The notes below the pieces were generated by a model that saw nothing but the letters and a program-made list of their open reading frames with translations, was not told the DNA's origin and made no database searches. Below are positions 1 to 8,044 of a stretch of DNA of 33,409 bases, piece after piece (within the stretch, counting starts at the first letter, position 1; every line of letters starts with the position of its first letter). The DNA is from a virus (taxonomy: Duplodnaviria > Caudoviricetes), in the IMG/VR virus record IMGVR_UViG_3300031519_000113, positions 1 to 33,409 of that record; one strand, given 5' to 3'. A program made the position numbers and the translations under genes.

Positions 1-35
1 CGGCTCTTGTGTATAAACTGTTGATACTGATCCAT
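1..35 (-). CDS. nrdJ: 5' end (truncated by window edge) of probable class II, cobalamin-dependent ribonucleotide reductase
   Basis: Reverse complement of 35-1 reads ATG GAT CAG TAT CAA CAG TTT ATA CAC AAG AGC CG = MDQYQQFIHKSR, which resembles the 'YQQFIHKSRYARW' N-terminus of phage monomeric class II RNRs. The ATG overlaps the upstream stop (TAATG). Only 11 full codons are visible. Confidence 0.7.
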   Translation of the reverse strand, partial: MDQYQQFIHKS

Positions 36-382
36 TAAATATTCTCCTCTGCAACCATTACGGTTAGTTTGTTTAGATACCATGTAGCTTTCTGTAGGTC
101 TTCCACTTGCTTGCCCTTGTAGTCATAGCGCCATAAGTATTTCAGGCAGTTGCCCTTGAGATACCCTTTAAACGCTACTGAGGACATGGACTCTTCTATT
201 GCCTCAATACACTCAATGTTGCCTGTGTTATAATGCTTGGGTTTATTAACTACATCCTCAAGCTCGTTGTCCGCTATGTCATGGTAGGCTTTCATGGCTT
301 TGTCTATTGAAGGTACGATAGCAGGATGTTCTTTACGTAGTCTATCCCACTCAGCAGGTGTTGCGTCATTAAGTCTCATCAA
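35..382 (-). CDS. DUF3310 family protein (related to T7 gp1.7 nucleotide kinase)
   Basis: Motif VNKPKHY..GNIECIEAI...GYLKGNCLKYLWRY..KG..VEDLQKA.WYL is typical of DUF3310; located in the nucleotide-metabolism block. Confidence 0.8.
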   Translation of the reverse strand: MMRLNDATPAEWDRLRKEHPAIVPSIDKAMKAYHDIADNELEDVVNKPKHYNTGNIECIEAIEESMSSVAFKGYLKGNCLKYLWRYDYKGKQVEDLQKATWYLNKLTVMVAEENI

Positions 383-551
383 TCATTTCCTCATCTCTAA
401 AGTCTTCCGCTATTTCATCAAAGTTTCTGATAAGCCTATGTTCAAAAGCTTCTAACAAATCTTTAGTGCTTATGTCCAGTAGTTCTAGGACTAACAACTC
501 ATCTACATTTATTATAATCTTTTCTTTAAGTTCTTCAAGTGTTAAGGACAT
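369..551 (-). CDS. small acidic hypothetical protein
   Basis: 60-aa ORF overlapping both neighbours in the operon. Confidence 0.7.
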   Translation of the reverse strand: MSLTLEELKEKIIINVDELLVLELLDISTKDLLEAFEHRLIRNFDEIAEDFRDEEMIDET

Positions 552-919
552 GGCTTCTGCTTCCCTTTAATATACTTTGTCATTTCCTTTGCTGTGTCAA
601 CCGTGTAGTGCTTAAAGTTATTCTTCTCACACCACTCGCCCATTGTAATCTTACCGCCTTTCCTTACCTTCTTGCTTGGGTTGCTTAGGACAAACACTAG
701 TTCCCAGTTGTCGAGACTATCTCGCACCGCTGTATACTTCTGTGTATCTCCTGCCCTAAAGAACCCTTTGCACTCTATCAATACCTTCTTGTCTTCATGC
801 ACAAAGTCCGGTATGTACTTCCTGTGTGTCGTGTAAGGTAAGCTGTAAGGCTCAAACTTATACTGACTGTCTAACTTCTCTGATAAGTTTTTCTCAAGTC
901 CTGATCTAAAAGATGCCAT
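542..919 (-). CDS. T7 endonuclease I-like Holliday junction resolvase
   Basis: FRSGLE ... YIPDF ... IECKGFF ... DTQKY motifs of the T7 gp3 PD-(D/E)xK family. Start placed at the second Met (919), which has better SD spacing. Confidence 0.88.
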   Translation of the reverse strand: MASFRSGLEKNLSEKLDSQYKFEPYSLPYTTHRKYIPDFVHEDKKVLIECKGFFRAGDTQKYTAVRDSLDNWELVFVLSNPSKKVRKGGKITMGEWCEKNNFKHYTVDTAKEMTKYIKGKQKPCP

Positions 920-1661
920 TAAGTTCATCCTCTATAGTCAATCTGTGAAAGCTGTTCCAGTTACGCCTCATGTATAGCAAGTTCCAACATACCTCTAGCC
1001 TGTCCTGCCAATCCTCAGGGTGAGCCTTTTTCCATGCCTCTTGTACCTTAGCAAGCATCTCAACAGCAGGAACTTTTGCCAATATCTTCTCTGCTGTCTT
1101 AATCCCTACACCTACAAGCCCTTGAATCTTATCAGTAGAGTCACCAGTAAGCATTTGTAAACACATCTTGTAGTGACCTTGTTCTTTACTTGTGTGGTAT
1201 AAAGTTTCTTTGTTAAAGTTATAATGCCAACCTTCTACCATGTCAATGTCTTTATCTATGTGAGCTATGACAAAATGTTCCTCAGCGTCCAGTGCTTCCT
1301 GCGCCCAGATACTTACTATGTCATCTGCCTCACACCCATCTGACTTATGGTGGCCTAAGCTGTAGGCGTACTCATTAATTGCCTTACGCCTTTCCGTAAG
1401 CCTAGGATCAGGGTCTTCTTCGCCTTGTTGTTTTCGGTTGTTCTTATAATCCTCAGCTATCTCATAACGAAAGTTACCTGAGCCTTTGATAGCTACGAAC
1501 ACTTCACTACTGCAAGTGTCCCACCCTATCTTCTCTATCTCCTCATCGTAATATTTCTTAGCTGTCCCTAAACTAATGTCCTTCATTGCTATCCGATAGA
1601 TAATTGAATCAGCATCAATAAAGCATTTGTCAAAGGGCTTACCTTTTGGTTTAGTGTTCAT
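906..1661 (-). CDS. 5'-3' exonuclease (T7 gp6-like)
   Basis: IDADSIIYR, NFRY, YK.NR, EADD, DKD and GDSTD.I.GL.GVG.KTA (H3TH) motifs. Confidence 0.92.
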   Translation of the reverse strand: MNTKPKGKPFDKCFIDADSIIYRIAMKDISLGTAKKYYDEEIEKIGWDTCSSEVFVAIKGSGNFRYEIAEDYKNNRKQQGEEDPDPRLTERRKAINEYAYSLGHHKSDGCEADDIVSIWAQEALDAEEHFVIAHIDKDIDMVEGWHYNFNKETLYHTSKEQGHYKMCLQMLTGDSTDKIQGLVGVGIKTAEKILAKVPAVEMLAKVQEAWKKAHPEDWQDRLEVCWNLLYMRRNWNSFHRLTIEDELNGIF

Positions 1662-2256
1662 GTATCACTTCCAATATCAGTTCGTTAGCTACAGCATGTG
1701 GAATTCTAAACCACTCGTTAATGTTGTCACACTCTTTGGCTAGTCTTGCGTGTGCCGCAGCTTCCCCTGCTCTCCTGTCGTTTACCTCATAAGAGTACAG
1801 TAAAGTATAATCTCTGAAGGGTGAAGACGTTTGGTAATTCTTAATCCTATCCATAGCGTCTACTGCCATCCCTACCTTTACCCAACCTTCCCAAGCAGGG
1901 TTCGTGATTATATACACCTGACCCTCTGGACTAGTATCGTAGTTTGCTAAAGAACTAAAGGCCGCTTCCTCAAACCCTTTGTACTTTCCTGCTTTGTACA
2001 GGGGGTGTGTCTTAGGTACATATTTGCCATTGACAAACATTCTGGAGGTATTCTTTTTATTGTGAGATTTAACTCTACGTCTACCTCCATCTGCTTGACC
2101 AACGTACCACCACTCACCATCCTCATAAATACAGTTCTTGTTAGTGGGTGTCTGCCCAAGTGTTTCCGACTTTGTAATCACCCTCAAGTGGGCAGTTGAG
2201 TTTGTAGTAGAGTCCTGCGGCTTGCATACAACTTGTGGCAAGTCTCCCAAAGACAT
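1651..2256 (-). CDS. T5orf172/MUG113-like (GIY-YIG superfamily) protein; start uncertain (2295, 2256 or 2040)
   Basis: C-terminal GQVYIITNPAWEGWVKVGMA...RIKNYQTSSPFRDY...EWF matches the T5orf172 pattern. The 5' part overlaps the polymerase gene. Confidence 0.75.
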   Translation of the reverse strand: MSLGDLPQVVCKPQDSTTNSTAHLRVITKSETLGQTPTNKNCIYEDGEWWYVGQADGGRRRVKSHNKKNTSRMFVNGKYVPKTHPLYKAGKYKGFEEAAFSSLANYDTSPEGQVYIITNPAWEGWVKVGMAVDAMDRIKNYQTSSPFRDYTLLYSYEVNDRRAGEAAAHARLAKECDNINEWFRIPHAVANELILEVIHEH

Positions 2257-3868
2257 CTGATTTCCCTGCTCTAACTTCCGTTTGGATTTCATCATGTATA
2301 TTACCTATAAAGTTATAGTCTATACCCCATAGTATAGCATATTCGTCAAGTAAACACAACGCTTTCTTCATTACAATCGCACCTGCTGACTGCAATAAAG
2401 TGTTCAATGCCGCGTGTGCTGATCGTACATAGACCCTTCTTTTATCCAATCCAAGAACATAGCCTCTTCCAGATGCCACTCCAACTCGTTCTCGTAATCT
2501 TCCAAGAGATGGCGTATTTGCAAGGAACTTTTCCTTAAGTCGTTTACCATCAACTGCAGTTCCCCCAACGATACTTCCGATTTTTGCGTCCCCTGCTCCA
2601 TATAGGAAAGCGTATATAAAAGTCTTTGCTTGATCTCTAGTTTCAAGGCCCGCAGCCAACTGGTTTGCCGTGTGAATATCTCCGTTGAGTACTTCATTTG
2701 TATAACCCTCGTCATTCATATAGTGTGCTAACATTCTAAGCTCTAGCTGAGATGCGTCCATACCTACCAGTTTGTAACCTTCTGGCACAGTCCACACATC
2801 TCTGCACTCTCTGCCGTAAGGTGAATACACTGCCGGAATCTGTCCCATGTTCGGACTACTATGGGTCATGCGGCCTGTCACAGCACCGTTGGAATTAACG
2901 TACCCATGAACCCTGCCGTCATCCTTAACTGCCTCTAGCCAACTCTGAACCTGTGCTATGCGCTTCTGTAGCATAAGGTACTCACCTATCAACGCGGCCT
3001 CCGGTATGTCTTTGACTGCTCTAAGCACTGCCTCATCAACAATAGGTTGTCCTGTCTCCGTGAACTGCTTAGGCTTCCAACCGTAGTACTGTAGGTGTCT
3101 GCCTATCTGCTGTCGTGAACCTAGATTAAACACTGGGAAGTCTATGCGGCTAAAAGGTGCTATAGCTGTTTCCCACTGCTCTCCTAGGAACTTGAGTCCG
3201 ACAATAGAGATCGTACCATCTTTCTTAATCTTTGGTGTGACTTGTTTAATAAAAGTTGGCAGTGGTTTAAAAACTTCATGCACTTTATCTTCAAGGTCAT
3301 ACTTCTTCTCCTTTAATTCAGCTAACAATAAAAAACATTTCTCTTGGTCTAAGAGCCAACCTGTTTTAATCTGACTTGAAATAATACCCTGTACTTGATG
3401 CTCGAGATTAATGCATTCAGGCTCAAAACCCTTAAGCTCAGAAAGTAATCTCTTGTACACCAACGTATTAACTTTAACATCCTGTACACAATACTCCAAC
3501 ATATCATGCGAGAAATTATCCCAATCATTATAATCACCTTTTGGTTGGTTCAGTGTCTGTCCCCAACTCTCTAAAGAATGTCCACCGTCCCTTGAGGGAT
3601 TCGCTAGTCTTGATAGGACTAGGGTGTCCGTAATCTTACATTTGCTAAAATCAGTACCTAATAACCTCTCCAACACTGGTATGTCATAGCCAATTATATT
3701 ATGACCTATCACTTCACAGTTATCAAAGCCCAGAAGCCACTCATTGAAGTCAAATAAACTGAAGCCATGAAACTCAAAGAACTCTTCAGTGCCTACAATG
3801 TGAGCAACGATACACCACACCCTATCAGGGTTTAAACCGTTAGCCTCTATGTCAAATACTATTTTCAT
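2141..3868 (-). CDS. family A DNA polymerase with 3'-5' exonuclease domain (T7 gp5-like)
   Basis: Exo I FDIEANG, exo II GHNIIGYDIP, exo III YCVQDV, TGRMTHSSPN, motif A DASQLELRMLAH, motif B RDQAKTFIYAFLYG, motif C IHDE. Confidence 0.97.
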   Translation of the reverse strand: MKIVFDIEANGLNPDRVWCIVAHIVGTEEFFEFHGFSLFDFNEWLLGFDNCEVIGHNIIGYDIPVLERLLGTDFSKCKITDTLVLSRLANPSRDGGHSLESWGQTLNQPKGDYNDWDNFSHDMLEYCVQDVKVNTLVYKRLLSELKGFEPECINLEHQVQGIISSQIKTGWLLDQEKCFLLLAELKEKKYDLEDKVHEVFKPLPTFIKQVTPKIKKDGTISIVGLKFLGEQWETAIAPFSRIDFPVFNLGSRQQIGRHLQYYGWKPKQFTETGQPIVDEAVLRAVKDIPEAALIGEYLMLQKRIAQVQSWLEAVKDDGRVHGYVNSNGAVTGRMTHSSPNMGQIPAVYSPYGRECRDVWTVPEGYKLVGMDASQLELRMLAHYMNDEGYTNEVLNGDIHTANQLAAGLETRDQAKTFIYAFLYGAGDAKIGSIVGGTAVDGKRLKEKFLANTPSLGRLRERVGVASGRGYVLGLDKRRVYVRSAHAALNTLLQSAGAIVMKKALCLLDEYAILWGIDYNFIGNIHDEIQTEVRAGKSDVFGRLATSCMQAAGLYYKLNCPLEGDYKVGNTWADTH

Positions 3869-4374
3869 TAAAACTCCTCACACACCCCATGATTCACGAA
3901 CTCGCCATGTAGTTTCTCTCGCGCTTTATGTATTACTGTTGTAGCTTCAAGCAGGGTGTTATAAAGACCATAGCAATGCCTCTTCCCATTGTACTTTATT
4001 TGCACGCGCCACTTGCTGCTTTCAGGGAACCAAGTAACGCCTTTCACGCCTGATGTGTTATCCTTTCGCATACCTGAGTTACACTGGTTCTGTGAGGGAG
4101 TAGCAGGTCTCAAGTTTTCTATGCGGTTGTTTAGCTTGTTGTTATCAATATGATCCAAACACGCGGGAAGAAAACCGTGGTGCATTAAAAAGATTATGCG
4201 ATGGTTACGATACTTAACTCCTTCAATAGTGGTTAATAAGTAGCCACTTCCGTTTACTGAGCCAGCTTTGTCTCCTGCTTTGGCGGTGCCTTTATTGACT
4301 TTACGAATAAGATCACCAGTTTCCTTGTCATATCTAAACAACTTGTTTACTAAATCTAAATTTAACTCTTTCAT
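3868..4374 (-). CDS. free-standing HNH homing endonuclease with AP2-like C-terminal DNA-binding domain
   Basis: HRII...LDHIDNNKLNNRIENLRPAT..QN.CN followed by NTSGVKGVTW....KWRVQI...YG.Y; lies between helicase and polymerase genes. Confidence 0.9.
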   Translation of the reverse strand: MKELNLDLVNKLFRYDKETGDLIRKVNKGTAKAGDKAGSVNGSGYLLTTIEGVKYRNHRIIFLMHHGFLPACLDHIDNNKLNNRIENLRPATPSQNQCNSGMRKDNTSGVKGVTWFPESSKWRVQIKYNGKRHCYGLYNTLLEATTVIHKAREKLHGEFVNHGVCEEF

Positions 4375-4375
4375 A

Positions 4376-6004
4376 TTAAAACTCCGTTTCGTTACCTACT
4401 GGACAACTGGTTTCTATCATTCTACCAGACTCCTTATCATAATACAGGTAACAGGCTAACCCTGTCAAGCCCACGAACCTATTTTTTAACACCCTTACTC
4501 CAGTTGTGTTACGTGTCTCAGGGTCTGCGTGTTGCTGATCTCGCTCTAAACCAATAACTATGTCGCTAAGTTGCGCGATTGCCGCTGAACCTCTGAGTTC
4601 TCCCAAGCTGATCTTACCGCCATCTTCATGTGCCTTTGAGCCGCTAGGTCTACGCAAGTGTGATACTAAAAATAGCCCTACACCTGTCTCTTGTACTAGC
4701 TTACGCAAATTGGTCATAATGCTGTCGATAGCTTTACGTTCGTCACCGTTGTCCTGATCGCTGACCACGATGCTGAGGTGATCCAAGATGATCCACTTGC
4801 AGTCCAAACCTTTAGCCATGTAACGTATACGGCCTAACAGGTTGTCCTCGCTCGTAGAACCCCAGTGATCAAACATATAGATACGTCCTGAGCCTAGAGT
4901 CCTGTCCCAATAACCCTTCTTCTCTTCCTGTGATACCGTCTTGTCGAGGTGAAGCTGCTTGTTAGCCTCTATGGACATGATGCCTAACGCTGTCTTAGGT
5001 ATGTCCTCCTCTAACGCTAGGATACCAATGTTGTCCTCCGTAGCACCTAGCAGATAATGCTCTAGTTCTCTGACTATCTGGGACTTGCCCATGCCTGAGC
5101 CTGACGTAATGGTGACTAACTCCTTAGGTCTAAAGCCATGGGTAAACTCATTAAGACAAGCCCAGGGATAGTCAATTGACTTCACGTTGGACTGCTTAAT
5201 AATCATGTCCCAAGTCTCATTACCTGCCACGATACCGTCAGGCTGATAGGTCTTAGCGTTCCACCACTCCTTGACAAAATCCTGCACCTTACGAGCCTTG
5301 AGCATGTCCCCTGCATCCTTCATGGGCAGTGTGACGTTCTTAGCCTTATTGGGGGTGAACAAGTCCAGTACTGACCTTGCGGCCTCTTGTCCTGCTTTAT
5401 CATTGTCAAAGCATATGATCACATTGTCGAACGTCTCAAGCCACTCAAGATTAGCCTTGATGTCTTTAGCCGCACTAGCCGCACCTGACCTAATGGATAC
5501 TACAGGCCACTTACCGTCAAACATCTCATTAACTGCCAGAGCGTCTGCCTCTCCTTCTACTACTGTTATGTACTTGCCGCCTGACTTGAATGCTTGCTGA
5601 CCAAAGAGTCCTGCATTGTCAAAGGAGCCTGTCGCATAAAATTGTTTGTTCTCTACTATACGTACCTTAGTCCCTGTAGCCACGCCTGTATCTTTATCGT
5701 GGTAAGGGTAGTGGTGCTTGGTAATTGTCCCATCAGTACCGTACTCAACTGTGACACCATACCGCTTGGCTGTCTCTTGGTTGATTCTACGATCAGGGAT
5801 TGCCGCTATTACACCTGTCATCTCTAATATCCTTGTAGGCTTATTGTTGCTTGCTAATTGACTGATCTGTCCGTTGCCATGTTCATAATGACCACAACCA
5901 CCCGAAAAACAGGTGGCGTGGCCGTCTGAATAACGAGCCAGATTGTCGGATGAACCACACGATGGGCATGGTTCATGTCTAACAAAGGTTGACTCGACTG
6001 ACAT
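4376..6004 (-). CDS. DNA primase-helicase (T7 gp4-like)
   Basis: N-terminal Zn finger CPSC...CFSGGC, TOPRIM VVEGEADALA and FDND, Walker A SGSGMGKS, ILDHL, SHLRR, LRGSAAIAQLSD, VLKNRF, acidic tail ending in F. Confidence 0.97.
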   Translation of the reverse strand: MSVESTFVRHEPCPSCGSSDNLARYSDGHATCFSGGCGHYEHGNGQISQLASNNKPTRILEMTGVIAAIPDRRINQETAKRYGVTVEYGTDGTITKHHYPYHDKDTGVATGTKVRIVENKQFYATGSFDNAGLFGQQAFKSGGKYITVVEGEADALAVNEMFDGKWPVVSIRSGAASAAKDIKANLEWLETFDNVIICFDNDKAGQEAARSVLDLFTPNKAKNVTLPMKDAGDMLKARKVQDFVKEWWNAKTYQPDGIVAGNETWDMIIKQSNVKSIDYPWACLNEFTHGFRPKELVTITSGSGMGKSQIVRELEHYLLGATEDNIGILALEEDIPKTALGIMSIEANKQLHLDKTVSQEEKKGYWDRTLGSGRIYMFDHWGSTSEDNLLGRIRYMAKGLDCKWIILDHLSIVVSDQDNGDERKAIDSIMTNLRKLVQETGVGLFLVSHLRRPSGSKAHEDGGKISLGELRGSAAIAQLSDIVIGLERDQQHADPETRNTTGVRVLKNRFVGLTGLACYLYYDKESGRMIETSCPVGNETEF

Positions 6005-6372
6005 TAAAACTCCTCACCATCGTCTTGCTCTGCTACCTCTAAGACCTTGATCTTGTTAAGGTAGGTGCTAGTGCCATGTACTGGATGCGGTGCGCCTGAT
6101 TCTGCCCACAGTAACCGTACCTTAGAGCCACGACCAATCCGACCAGTAAAAGGCATACCTTCTTTGTCATAGACAGGTACGTCATACTTGGTGCTGAACT
6201 TCCGTTGTTTGACTCCTTCATACTCTCGCATCTTAACGCCTAAGCCTGATAGACTACTAGCGGTGTCCTCATCGACACTAATTACGACTGAGTATTTACC
6301 TGTGGATTGACCCTGATACATCTCGTGGGTGTCTAGGTTCTCAAATGCTAATGTTCCTTCTACTACTGCCAT
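6004..6372 (-). CDS. single-stranded DNA-binding protein (compact, gp2.5-like)
   Basis: Lies just upstream of primase-helicase; GKYSV, IGRGSKVRL and YLNKIKVLE motifs; acidic C-terminus EQDDGEEF ending in Phe. Confidence 0.78.
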   Translation of the reverse strand: MAVVEGTLAFENLDTHEMYQGQSTGKYSVVISVDEDTASSLSGLGVKMREYEGVKQRKFSTKYDVPVYDKEGMPFTGRIGRGSKVRLLWAESGAPHPVHGTSTYLNKIKVLEVAEQDDGEEF

Positions 6373-6461
6373 AGTTACTTCCTCGCTTGTTATGATACTT
6401 AAGTATCGTTTGGTTAAACTTTAATTATAATCTTTAAAATATTCCTTTGCTTCTTAAGTAT

Positions 6462-6490
6462 ATTATACTGCTAATTGATTGACCTGTCAA
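6462..6490 (-). promoter_or_regulatory. perfect-consensus sigma70 promoter for the replication operon
   Basis: Minus strand TTGACA (6490-6485), 17 nt, TATAAT (6467-6462), about 90 nt upstream of the SSB start. Confidence 0.9.
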
Positions 6491-6665
6491 GCACCAATTC
6501 ATCTAATTTTATTTCAGTGCTTGAATCGTTCCACGCATCTTGCATTGCATCCATTGAATACCTAGCACAAACATTGCATAGGTCTAAATGGTGTCCGGTG
6601 TTGTGGTCAATACGCAGAAGCTCGTATTGGCTCAGAATAGTATCACATGCTTTGCATCTGCTCAT
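6471..6665 (-). CDS. small CxxC...CxxC zinc-binding early protein
   Basis: CKAC ... CNVC in a 64-aa ORF; SD GGAGGT upstream; ATGA overlap with previous gene. Confidence 0.7.
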   Translation of the reverse strand: MSRCKACDTILSQYELLRIDHNTGHHLDLCNVCARYSMDAMQDAWNDSSTEIKLDELVLDRSIN

Positions 6666-6880
6666 TTAAATACCTCCTTATACTTCTTTGTCATATTCTC
6701 ATATGAATTATTATAATACTCATCCGTCATCTGCTTGGTTACTCTCGCCATTAGTTCAGAGAGAGGCATACAGTATACCTGATACTCTATAAGCTCATTG
6801 ACCATGTTCTGTGCCTCTGGCTCTATCCACTCACTAGGCTCATACTCATAGCCTATTAGTTCCTCTTTAATCTTGCTCAT
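6662..6880 (-). CDS. hypothetical early protein
   Basis: 72-aa ORF from the second Met (MSKIKEEL...), coupled to its neighbours. Confidence 0.65.
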   Translation of the reverse strand: MSKIKEELIGYEYEPSEWIEPEAQNMVNELIEYQVYCMPLSELMARVTKQMTDEYYNNSYENMTKKYKEVFK

Positions 6881-7061
6881 ATACTTGTCCAAATGTGATT
6901 AATATGAACGGTAAATATAGCATTAAGCCCATGAAAGGTAAAGCCCCTACTTCCTCCGTCTGTTTGTCCACTGTCCACACTGCGCGACTATCTGCAATTT
7001 CTAAGAACACCCCACAACCATTAATAAGTTCTATGGTTAAATGTCTATTAAATATCAACAT
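6867..7061 (-). CDS. hypothetical early protein with hydrophobic C-terminal segment
   Basis: 64-aa ORF; SD AAGGAG upstream; LPFMGLMLYLPFILITF segment. Confidence 0.65.
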   Translation of the reverse strand: MLIFNRHLTIELINGCGVFLEIADSRAVWTVDKQTEEVGALPFMGLMLYLPFILITFGQVYEQD

Positions 7062-7177
7062 CTTTTTTGCTCCTTTAGTTTAAAACCATTATAAAAATAC
7101 ATTATCCAACATTTAGCACAATAGTGCTGTTTTTGCTCTGTTATCTTTGCACACTCCCCACACTGACACTTAGTCAT
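7055..7177 (-). CDS. 40-aa Cys-rich putative zinc-finger peptide
   Basis: MTKCQCGECAKITEQKQHYCAKCWIMYFYNGFKLKEQKRC; ATG at 7177 overlaps the end of the upstream 57-aa ORF. More plausible than the 7330 start in the ORF track. Confidence 0.55.
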   Translation of the reverse strand: MTKCQCGECAKITEQKQHYCAKCWIMYFYNGFKLKEQKRC

Positions 7178-7343
7178 GGTTTGCCCCTGCGTGGTACATT
7201 GCTTTGGCTTTGAGGGACGCAATAGCCGCGTCAATCTCCCATTTTTGCATTGGCTCATATTGATAACTGTCTTCCAGTTCTTCTTTAGCGTGTAGGTCGT
7301 CACCGTGTAGCCAATCCCGTGCGTCGTCATTCCAGTTATTCAT
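7170..7343 (-). CDS. 57-aa acidic hypothetical early protein (not in ORF track)
   Basis: Manual translation MNNWNDDARDWLHGDDLHAKEELEDSYQYEPMQKWEIDAAIASLKAKAMYHAGANHD*; SD GAGGTG just upstream. Confidence 0.7.
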   Translation of the reverse strand: MNNWNDDARDWLHGDDLHAKEELEDSYQYEPMQKWEIDAAIASLKAKAMYHAGANHD

Positions 7344-7351
7344 AAATCACC

Positions 7352-7630
7352 TCAAATATTACAATAGTTTAAATTAAATCTGACTTGAACATGTACATAG
7401 CCGTCAGGGTAATTAGCATAAACGCTTCGCATTCCTTCCGCTATGTCTAATATTCTTTTGACAAACTCATCGCTTAAGTCTAAATCATTATGGAAAGCAA
7501 GCCTAGCAATTTGTTTGGTATCATCCTCACTTAGGAATGCATCAAAATATACTAGTATTTCCGCATCGTTTTGAATTGGATCATCACCACCTAGAACCGC
7601 AGGTAAATCTTTTGTCCATTTAGCACTCAT
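7352..7630 (-). CDS. hypothetical early protein
   Basis: 92-aa ORF; SD GGGGGTG; ATGA overlap with upstream ORF. Confidence 0.7.
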   Translation of the reverse strand: MSAKWTKDLPAVLGGDDPIQNDAEILVYFDAFLSEDDTKQIARLAFHNDLDLSDEFVKRILDIAEGMRSVYANYPDGYVHVQVRFNLNYCNI

Positions 7631-7791
7631 AAGTCACCCCCAAGGACAACAACTGCCATTGTGTACACTATAAGGGCTACTACAGACGTTCCAACGCTTA
7701 AGAGTCCCCACCCTACCACATCGACTATAAACGTCTTACGCGCCTCTATGCGAGCTTCTCGCTTGTCCATCAATATCTTTGCTTTATTCAT
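7627..7791 (-). CDS. 54-aa single-pass membrane peptide (not in ORF track)
   Basis: MNKAKILMDKREARIEARKTFIVDVVGWGLLSVGTSVVALIVYTMAVVVLGGDL*; SD GAGGA; ATGA overlaps at both ends. Confidence 0.7.
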   Translation of the reverse strand: MNKAKILMDKREARIEARKTFIVDVVGWGLLSVGTSVVALIVYTMAVVVLGGDL

Positions 7792-7889
7792 TTTTTATTC
7801 CTCTTATCGTGTTTTTCCTGAATAATTTGCTCTGACTCCCATACCGCATAGAAGCCGGATGCTATTAATAATATACTCATTACTGTCAT
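7788..7889 (-). CDS. 33-aa peptide with hydrophobic N-terminus (not in ORF track)
   Basis: MTVMSILLIASGFYAVWESEQIIQEKHDKRNKK*; SD GAGGAGGT; TAATG coupling. Confidence 0.6.
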   Translation of the reverse strand: MTVMSILLIASGFYAVWESEQIIQEKHDKRNKK

Positions 7890-8044
7890 TATGCTACCTC
7901 CTCATCTGGTATATAAAATATGATCTCAACTCGCGTACCCTGTAGATCAACGCTTTCCTCACGGTAATTACACGCTACATTTTCAGGCATTTGTGAAAGC
8001 CAGTGTGTAAATGCGCTATGTTCGTATAAGTCGTCAGTTTTCAT
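7889..8044 (-). CDS. 51-aa acidic hypothetical early protein (not in ORF track)
   Basis: MKTDDLYEHSAFTHWLSQMPENVACNYREESVDLQGTRVEIIFYIPDEEVA*; SD GAGGTG; ATGA overlap. Confidence 0.68.
   Translation of the reverse strand: MKTDDLYEHSAFTHWLSQMPENVACNYREESVDLQGTRVEIIFYIPDEEVA

Noticed and set aside
7055-7330. 91-aa ORF as given in the track
   Set aside because: Its 5' half overlaps a better-supported 57-aa ORF (7170-7343) with a strong SD; only the part from 7177 is kept.
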